Origin: Polyangiales bacterium | GTDB lineage: Bacteria; Myxococcota_A; Polyangia; Polyangiales; Ga0077539 | Length of the DNA stretch: 64,000 bases | Assembly (NCBI GenBank): GCA_044229975.1 | Contig: JBGARZ010000005.1 | Location: 192,001 to 256,000, forward strand | Reading direction: 5' to 3' | Shown here: positions 57,488 through 64,000 of the stretch, piece by piece | How the letters are laid out: every line of letters starts with the position of its first letter | How positions within the stretch are numbered: the stretch's first letter is position 1 | The notes under the pieces: model-generated | Told to the model about the DNA's origin: nothing | The model's input: only the letters and a program-made list of their open reading frames with translations | The model's database searches: none | Translations under genes and position numbers: made by a program

Positions 57488-58990
57488 ATGACCATCGACC
57501 CCGTCCAGCGTCGTCCCATCGAGGCGCATCTGCCGACCATGCACGTCGGCCGCTACCAGCTCATCACGCCGCTCGGTCGCGGCGCGATGGCCACCGTGCA
57601 CCTCGCCCGCAGCGTCGGGAGCGCCGGCTTCGAGCGCCTCGCCGCCGTGAAGGCGCTGCACCGCGACCTCTGCTCCGATCGCGACCTGGTCGAGCGCTTC
57701 CTCGACGAGGCACGGCTCGCGGCACGGCTGCACCACCCCAACGCCGCGGCCATCCTCGACGTCGGCGTCGACGGCTGGCAGCCGTACATGGTCATGGACT
57801 ACGTCGAGGGCGACACGCTCCACGCCGTCCAGTGCACCGCCGTCTCCCGCCGAGAAGCGCTGCCGCTGGGTGTCGTGCTGCGCGTGGTGCTCGACGCGCT
57901 CGCGGGCCTCGACGCCGCCCACGAGCTGCGCTCCGCCGAGGGCGAACCGCTCGGTCTCATCCACCGCGACGTCTCGCCGCACAACGTCCTCGTCGGGGTC
58001 GACGGCGTCGCGCGGCTCATGGACTTCGGCATCGCCCGCGCGGCCACCCGACGACGCGCGACGGCCAACGGCATCGTGCAGGGCAACGTGCAGTTCATGG
58101 CCCCCGAGCAGCTCCGCGGGCGAGCGCTCGACCGCCGCGCGGACGTCTTCTCCATGGGCGTCACGCTGTGGGAGACGCTCGCGCTGCGACGGTGCTTCCC
58201 GCTGCGGGAGGGCGCTTCGATGGCGCGCTTCGCGCTCGAAGAGTACCGCTCGCTCGGGGAGCACGCGCCCGAGGCTCCGGCCGCGCTCGACGCCATCTGC
58301 CGACGCGCGCTGGCCGTCGAGCCCGACGACCGCTACGCCACCGCGGCGGCCTTCGCCTCCGCCATCGAAGAAGCCTTCGGACGCGACGTCGCGACGCAGC
58401 GCGAGCTCGGGCAGTTCATGTCCGCGGTGGCGGCCGAGAAGGTGGCGCGCGAGCGCAACGCCGCCCGCGCATCGGCGCAACCGCTGCCGGGACGAACAGA
58501 GGCCGCGCTCTCGCTGCGAACCACGGCGGCCGACCAGGGAGGGCGCTTTCCGGCCATCGCCACCGCGCTCCAGAACAAGCTCAGCACCCGTCGCTTTGGC
58601 GCGCTCCCGTCGCCCGCGGGCGCGGGGTCGCTCTACGACGCCGTCACGCAGGCGCTCTTCCGCCGCAGCCATGCGACCCGCCACGTCATCGCTCCGTGTC
58701 CCGAGCCGGCGACGGTCAAGGTGCGCGCGATGCCTTCGCGGCCGCCGTCGTTTGCCGCGCGGCCCACGTTGCGCCCGGCGCGTTCGTCCGCTCGTCCACC
58801 GCCCACGGGGCTCGACGGGCCCACGCGTCCGATGTCGGCGCTACGTCGCTCGCGTGCGCCCGCGGCGCTGTTGCTGGCGGCACCGGCGCCACAACGGACG
58901 CGCTGGTTTGGCGGGCTGCGGGCGCTGGCCGCGAGGCTCTGGTCGCGGTGGGGCGGAGTTGTTCGGGGTGAGAGAATTGAACTCCCATAG
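57488..58990 (+). CDS. Ser/Thr protein kinase (Hanks type, no TM)
   Basis: LGRGAMATV, AAVK, IHRDVSPHN, DFG, FMAPEQ, DVFSMG. Confidence 0.93.
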   Translation: MTIDPVQRRPIEAHLPTMHVGRYQLITPLGRGAMATVHLARSVGSAGFERLAAVKALHRDLCSDRDLVERFLDEARLAARLHHPNAAAILDVGVDGWQPYMVMDYVEGDTLHAVQCTAVSRREALPLGVVLRVVLDALAGLDAAHELRSAEGEPLGLIHRDVSPHNVLVGVDGVARLMDFGIARAATRRRATANGIVQGNVQFMAPEQLRGRALDRRADVFSMGVTLWETLALRRCFPLREGASMARFALEEYRSLGEHAPEAPAALDAICRRALAVEPDDRYATAAAFASAIEEAFGRDVATQRELGQFMSAVAAEKVARERNAARASAQPLPGRTEAALSLRTTAADQGGRFPAIATALQNKLSTRRFGALPSPAGAGSLYDAVTQALFRRSHATRHVIAPCPEPATVKVRAMPSRPPSFAARPTLRPARSSARPPPTGLDGPTRPMSALRRSRAPAALLLAAPAPQRTRWFGGLRALAARLWSRWGGVVRGERIELP

Positions 58991-59117
58991 CGGGCACCAA
59001 AAACCCGCGTCCTAACCGTTGGACGAACCCCGATCGGGTTCCCCGTCTAGCGTGACGAGGAGCGCACCCTAGCGCAGCCGCTCCGCCTCCGACAACCCCG
59101 TGTGTGACACGCCGGTA

Positions 59118-59444
59118 CTACCGACACGTCTCCGTGTACGCATCCGCCGTCAGCCCCGGTCGGCACCCTTCCCCCTCGCACGAGTTCGACCCCGGCCGAC
59201 GACAACAGTGCTGCCCGGCCGCTCCGCACGGTCGACACATCCACTGCCCGCGTCGCCACCCTGGCTCCCCAGGGAAGTGGATGATCTCGCACCGCAACAC
59301 ACTGCTGTCACAGCACTCCAGCACGCCCGGTCGACACGTCTGCCCATCGCGCGAGCACGTCGCCCGCTCCGGCTGCCCCACTGCCACCGGCGCCTCCGTC
59401 ACCAGCACCGCCGCCACCCACCACGCCCACGCGTTGACCTTCAT
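59118..59444 (-). CDS. Small secreted Cys-rich protein
   Basis: MKVNAWAWWVAAVLV leader; C..GQ.C..CC..C..CG..GQ.CC..C pattern; SD GGGAGG. Confidence 0.55.
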   Translation of the reverse strand: MKVNAWAWWVAAVLVTEAPVAVGQPERATCSRDGQTCRPGVLECCDSSVLRCEIIHFPGEPGWRRGQWMCRPCGAAGQHCCRRPGSNSCEGEGCRPGLTADAYTETCR

Positions 59445-59490
59445 CGACGCCTCCCGGTCACGTCGCTGGTGATACCCTCCGCGCCCTCCC

Positions 59491-60801
59491 ATGGCACGCA
59501 CCACCCCCGAACTCCTCGCCGCCAAGCGCGACGGCCACGCCCTGTCCGCCGACGAGATCCGCTCGCTCATCGCGGGCTTCACCCGCGGCGACGTCGCCGA
59601 CTACCAGATGAGCGCCTTCGCCATGGCGGTGCTCCTGCGCGGCATGACGCCCGACGAGACCGTCGCCCTCACGCTCGCCATGCGCGACTCCGGGACCGTC
59701 GTCGACCTCTCCGCCATCCCCGCCCGCAAGGTCGACAAGCACTCCACCGGCGGCGTCGGCGACAAGGTCTCCCTCGCCCTCGCGCCCCTCGTCGCCGCGT
59801 GTGGTGTCGCCGTCCCGATGATCTCGGGCCGCGGCCTCGGCCACACCGGCGGCACGCTCGACAAGCTCGAAGCCATCCCCGGCTTCTCCGTCGACCTCTC
59901 CATCGAGCGCTTCCGTGAGCTCGTCCGCGACGTCGGAACCTGCATGATCGGCCAGACCGCCGAGCTCGCCCCCGCCGACAAGAAGCTCTACGCGCTGCGC
60001 GACGTCACCGCGACCGTCGAGTCCATCCCCCTCATCGTCGCGAGCATCCTCTCCAAGAAGCTCGCCGAGGGCATCGACGGCCTCGTGCTCGACGTGAAGT
60101 TCGGCAGCGGCGCCTTCATGAAGACGCCCGACCTCGCCCGCGACCTCGCGCGCAACCTCGTCGACGTCGCGCGCGGCGGCGGAAAAGACTGCGTCGCCTG
60201 GCTCACGCGCATGGACCGCCCGCTCGGCCGCACCGTCGGCAACTCCCTGGAGACCATCGAAGCCTTCGAGCTCCTCCACGGGCGCGGACCCGATGATCTC
60301 CGCGAGGTCACCCTCACCCTCGGCGCCTCCATGCTCGTCATGGGCCGCGTCGCCGCCGATGACACCGCCGCCCGCGCGCTGCTCCTCGCCGCCATCGCCG
60401 ATGGCCGCGCCGCCAGGGTCGCCCGCGCCATGGTCGCCGCGCAGGGCGGTGACCCGCGCGCCGTCGATGACCCCACCACTTTCGCCGTCGCTCCCGTGGT
60501 CGTGCCCTTCCGCGCGCCCTCCGCTGGGACGCTGCTCGCCATCGACACCCACGCGGTCGGCATCGCCGGCGTCGAGATGGGCGCCGGCCGCGCGCGCACC
60601 ACCGACGTGATCGACCCCGCCGTCGGGTTCGTCTTCGCGCACAACGTCGGCGACCGCGTCTCCGCCGGGGACGCCATCGCCATGGTCCACGCCCGCGACG
60701 CTGCGAGCGCCGAGCGCGCCGTCGAGCGACTCACCCGCGCCGTCACCGTCGGCGACGGTGAGGTCGAGAACGTTCCGCTCATCCTCGAACGCGTCGGTTG
60801 A
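59491..60801 (+). CDS. deoA: Thymidine/pyrimidine-nucleoside phosphorylase
   Basis: KRDG, DYQMSA, DKHSTGGVGDK, SGRGLGHTGGTLDKLE, LYALRDVTATV, SILSKK, DVKFGSGAFM. Confidence 0.95.
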   Translation: MARTTPELLAAKRDGHALSADEIRSLIAGFTRGDVADYQMSAFAMAVLLRGMTPDETVALTLAMRDSGTVVDLSAIPARKVDKHSTGGVGDKVSLALAPLVAACGVAVPMISGRGLGHTGGTLDKLEAIPGFSVDLSIERFRELVRDVGTCMIGQTAELAPADKKLYALRDVTATVESIPLIVASILSKKLAEGIDGLVLDVKFGSGAFMKTPDLARDLARNLVDVARGGGKDCVAWLTRMDRPLGRTVGNSLETIEAFELLHGRGPDDLREVTLTLGASMLVMGRVAADDTAARALLLAAIADGRAARVARAMVAAQGGDPRAVDDPTTFAVAPVVVPFRAPSAGTLLAIDTHAVGIAGVEMGAGRARTTDVIDPAVGFVFAHNVGDRVSAGDAIAMVHARDAASAERAVERLTRAVTVGDGEVENVPLILERVG

Positions 60802-60805
60802 ACCT

Positions 60806-61837
60806 CTACCGCGGAGCGTCGACGGCAGGGCCGCCGTCGCGGTCCATCGGAGAGACCACCGACTCGCAGAACGCACCGGGTCGCACGGCGCCAAGCCGCA
60901 TCACGGTGCTGCTCAGCGCGCATCGTGTGCCCTGGTCACGGCAGTCGACGTCCGACGCGCATCGTCGACGACACTGCGCCGCGTAGCACTCGAACAGCTC
61001 GGGCAGATCGCCCGGCAGCACGCAGTCCGTCGACACCGCGCACGCCCGCGGCCGCGACGGCACCGCGCCGACATAGAACGCCTCCGCCACGCTGGTCGCC
61101 ACGACCCGCCCCCCGCGGATCGCATACACGAACCACCAGTACTGCCCGGTCGGCAGCGTGTCGCCACCCCACGGCGGACCGAAGGCACCGTCGCGCGAGA
61201 CGCCCCGATGACCGAAGCGAACGGGCACCGTCCCGTCGACCGCACGACCATCACCCAGGGTGTTGCCCGGCTCCGCCGTCGACCACGCCCAGGTCACCGC
61301 CGACCAGTTGCTGATGCGACCGCGCGCAGGATCGAACGATGGCGGCTGTCGCGACACCATCGCCACCGTGATGGCGTCCGCGGCGCCCCGCAGCGGCTGC
61401 CAGCGGAAGGAGAATCCCGTCGTCGGGAAGAGCTCGGTGTCCTGCGTCGGACCTTCGAGCTCGATGCGCCCCTCCACTGGAAACACCGCCCGCGACGGCG
61501 GTTGAAACGAACACCGCCCGCGACCATCGGGCGCCACCGTCGACAGGTCACAGCGCGCATCGGGGTAGCACTGACCTTCGATGGGGGCCTCGGGGTCGCA
61601 GGTTCCGAGCGGGGGCGTGCAGTAGCCGACGGGGTTGCCGCCCACGCGAACGCAGACCTCGTTGCGCGAGCGGCAGTCCGTCGTGCGCTGACATTCTTCC
61701 CTCGCCCCGGCGTCGATGCTCGCGTCGAGCTCGGGGAGGTTGCTCACGCCCCTGTTAGCGTCGGCGCAGGCCGCGAGGCACCACGCACCAAGCGCCACCA
61801 CGAGGCCGGAGAGCAGCACGCTGTAGCTACGGTTCAT
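60806..61837 (-). CDS. Cys-containing lipoprotein, tandem copy B
   Basis: Lipobox LAAC; core near-identical to 61834-62853. Confidence 0.8.
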   Translation of the reverse strand: MNRSYSVLLSGLVVALGAWCLAACADANRGVSNLPELDASIDAGAREECQRTTDCRSRNEVCVRVGGNPVGYCTPPLGTCDPEAPIEGQCYPDARCDLSTVAPDGRGRCSFQPPSRAVFPVEGRIELEGPTQDTELFPTTGFSFRWQPLRGAADAITVAMVSRQPPSFDPARGRISNWSAVTWAWSTAEPGNTLGDGRAVDGTVPVRFGHRGVSRDGAFGPPWGGDTLPTGQYWWFVYAIRGGRVVATSVAEAFYVGAVPSRPRACAVSTDCVLPGDLPELFECYAAQCRRRCASDVDCRDQGTRCALSSTVMRLGAVRPGAFCESVVSPMDRDGGPAVDAPR

Positions 61838-62853
61838 CGCGGCGCATCGACGGCAGGTCCGCCGTCACGGTCAATCGGGGTGACCACCGTCTCGCAGAAC
61901 GCACCGGGTCGCACGGCGCCAAGCCGCATCACGGTGCCGCTCAGCGCGCATCGTGTGCCCTGGTCGCGGCAGTCGACGTCCGACGCGCATCGCCGACGGC
62001 ACTGCGCCGCGTAGCACTCGAACAGCTCGGGCAGGTCGCCCGGCAGCACACAGTCCGTCGACGCCGCGCACGCCAGCGGCCGCGACGGCGTCGCCCCCAC
62101 GACGAACGCCTGCGCCACGCTCGTGGCGATCACCCGCCCCCCGCGGATCGCATACACGAACCACCAGTACGACCCCGCTGGCAGCGTGTCGCTCTCCCAC
62201 GCCGGACCGAAGGCACCGTCTCGCGAGACGCCCCGATGACCGAAGCGCACCGGCACGGTCCCATCGACCGCGCGACCGTCGCCGAGGGTGTTGCCCGGCT
62301 CCGCCGTCGACCACGCCCAGGTCACCGCCGACCAGTTGCTGATGCGCCCACGCGCCGGATCGAACGACGGCGGTTGTCGCGACACCATCGCCACCATCAC
62401 CACGTCGCCACCGTCCCGCAGCGGCTGCCAGCGGAAGGAGAAGCCCGTCGTCGGGAAGAGCTCGGTGTCCTGCGTCGGACCTTCGAGCTCGATGCGCCCC
62501 TCCACCGGAAACACCGCCCGCGACGGCGGCTGAAACGAACATCGCCCGCGACCATCGGGCGCCACCGTCGACAGGTCGCAGCGCGCGTCGGGGTAGCACT
62601 GCCCCTCGATCGGAGCCTCCGGGTCGCAGGTCCCCGATGGCACCTCGCAGAAGGCGTTGATGCCATCGCGGCGCATGCACACCTCGTTGCGCGAGTCGCA
62701 GTCCGCCGTGCGGTTGCAGCGCTCCCCGACCGTCGCCCCCGCGTCCACCGCAGGACTGGGAAGGCTGGTCGCAGCGTCGCTCCCACACGCCAGGAGCAGC
62801 CACGACCCAAGCACCAGCGCGAGGGTGGACAGCAGCGGGCGGACGGCGTTCAT
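61834..62853 (-). CDS. Cys-containing lipoprotein, tandem copy A
   Basis: Lipobox LLAC; ATGA overlaps on both sides. Confidence 0.8.
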   Translation of the reverse strand: MNAVRPLLSTLALVLGSWLLLACGSDAATSLPSPAVDAGATVGERCNRTADCDSRNEVCMRRDGINAFCEVPSGTCDPEAPIEGQCYPDARCDLSTVAPDGRGRCSFQPPSRAVFPVEGRIELEGPTQDTELFPTTGFSFRWQPLRDGGDVVMVAMVSRQPPSFDPARGRISNWSAVTWAWSTAEPGNTLGDGRAVDGTVPVRFGHRGVSRDGAFGPAWESDTLPAGSYWWFVYAIRGGRVIATSVAQAFVVGATPSRPLACAASTDCVLPGDLPELFECYAAQCRRRCASDVDCRDQGTRCALSGTVMRLGAVRPGAFCETVVTPIDRDGGPAVDAPR

Positions 62854-63998
62854 GGCTCGACTCCAACTCCGATCAGGGCGCCGAGTTGCACGAGCGATGC
62901 CATCTCCGTCGAGATGGTCGCCGCGCCCAGGTTGCTGAACTGCCGCCCCCGCGGCCCCACCCCCGGAACCCACAGCGTCCGCAGCCCCGCGAACACCGTC
63001 CACGGCCCCGCGAAGCGCAGCCCCACCAGCAGATCGCCCACCAGCCCGACGCGCGCGACCGCTTCGGAGAGCAGCGTTCCGTCGGTGCGCCGCTCTTCAC
63101 CGCGCGCGGCCACGGCGCCCGAGACCAGCGCGGTCAGTCGGAGGCGGTCGCCTGTGCCGCCAGGGGCCACCGTGACACCGCCGCCCAGCTCCAGGAGGCC
63201 GAAGCTCGCCGACGTCGCTCCGTCGGCCGCCACCTGGGTCGTCGGGCCCACCAGCTCGGTGTCGCGCGAGTACCCACCAAAGGCCGCTCCGAGGTGCGCC
63301 ACCGCGCGAACGCAGGTGTCCGCGAGGGGACACGTCTCGCCCGTGCGGCTGCTGCGGGTCGGGACGTCCACCGCGAGCAGGGCGCCCGCACCGTCTGCCT
63401 GGAGGAAGCCCAAGGTCGCACCGAGGCGCAGCGAGAGGCCGCCCAGCACGTGACCCGCGTAGTGCGCCGTCACGGCGACGCTGCGCGACGGATCGGTCGC
63501 AGAGAAGCCCGCGCTGGCCAGACCGAAGGAGGGCGTGCGTACCGCGAGACCGACGTCGCCGGGCGTGGCGGCGAGGGAGACCACGCACCAGTGCGATCCG
63601 GTGGGCGGGGACTCGCCCGCGCAGGTTCCGCGGAAGACCTCGGCCTCGCGCTCGCTGCGGGCGTCGGGGCGTAGATCGACCTCGCGCAGACCCGCGGCGG
63701 TGAGCTCGCGGTGGGTGCCGGAGCGCTCGATCTGCACGGCGAGGGAGACGTCGCGAGCGCGCGGGACGAGGGTGATGCGAATCTGGCGGGCGGAGGTTCC
63801 GGCGGCGGGGAGCTGGGCTTCGCAGCCGAAGTAGCGGCGTGAGGCGAGGCCGTCGACGCGCAGGGTGTACGAGCCGTCGGTGGGCAGCGTGATGAAGCGA
63901 CGAAGGGGCGCGCCGGCCTCATCGTCCTCGCGAACGCGGGTGGGCAGCGGGTCGCTCGCGCCGTACGCGACGGGGATGAGCGCGCCGACGTCACCGGG
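62850..63998 (-). CDS. Hypothetical protein, 5' end outside window; C-terminus rich in amphipathic beta strands
   Basis: Manual translation shows the frame open to the window edge (PGDVGALIPVAYG..). It ends SLVQLGALIGVGVEP. Confidence 0.65.
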   Translation of the reverse strand, partial: PGDVGALIPVAYGASDPLPTRVREDDEAGAPLRRFITLPTDGSYTLRVDGLASRRYFGCEAQLPAAGTSARQIRITLVPRARDVSLAVQIERSGTHRELTAAGLREVDLRPDARSEREAEVFRGTCAGESPPTGSHWCVVSLAATPGDVGLAVRTPSFGLASAGFSATDPSRSVAVTAHYAGHVLGGLSLRLGATLGFLQADGAGALLAVDVPTRSSRTGETCPLADTCVRAVAHLGAAFGGYSRDTELVGPTTQVAADGATSASFGLLELGGGVTVAPGGTGDRLRLTALVSGAVAARGEERRTDGTLLSEAVARVGLVGDLLVGLRFAGPWTVFAGLRTLWVPGVGPRGRQFSNLGAATISTEMASLVQLGALIGVGVEP

Positions 63999-64000
63999 CG

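Noticed and set aside
60806..62853. Diversity-generating retroelement TR/VR pair
   Set aside because: Both copies are full genes, differences are not confined to adenines, and no reverse transcriptase is in the window.

Overview
Very GC-rich window that looks myxobacterial (Polyangiales-like), inferred from an MglA-type GTPase, a MYXO-CTERM tail, Cys-rich surface lipoproteins and two Hanks kinases. I found about 48 CDS and no rRNA, tRNA, transposase, integrase or cas gene. All family calls come from motif recognition by eye; no searches were run. Main blocks, in order: (1) histidine kinase and NtrC-type activator, then a sigma54 promoter with tandem enhancer-like repeats, then roadblock, REC-DUF4388-roadblock and MglA genes; (2) a stand-alone divergent SecY-like membrane protein with zinc-ribbon and DUF2007-like ends; (3) a minus-strand run of Cys-repeat lipoprotein, GH13, lipoprotein, CoA-transferase and GST; (4) a 21/42-bp periodic array in front of a MerR-type HTH gene; (5) a 1598-aa protein with an SSUH2/DnaJ-type zinc finger near an atypical Hsp70; (6) an orphan T6SS tip locus whose VgrG appears split into a base gene and a spike gene; (7) three lipoproteins built from six secretin N0/N1-like modules with no secretin barrel; (8) three unrelated large intergenic palindromes; (9) housekeeping or common genes (prs, B12 radical SAM, thymidine phosphorylase, pirin, M23 peptidase). 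The best candidates for undescribed biology are the barrel-less secretin-module lipoproteins, the SecY paralog, the split VgrG and the periodic array.
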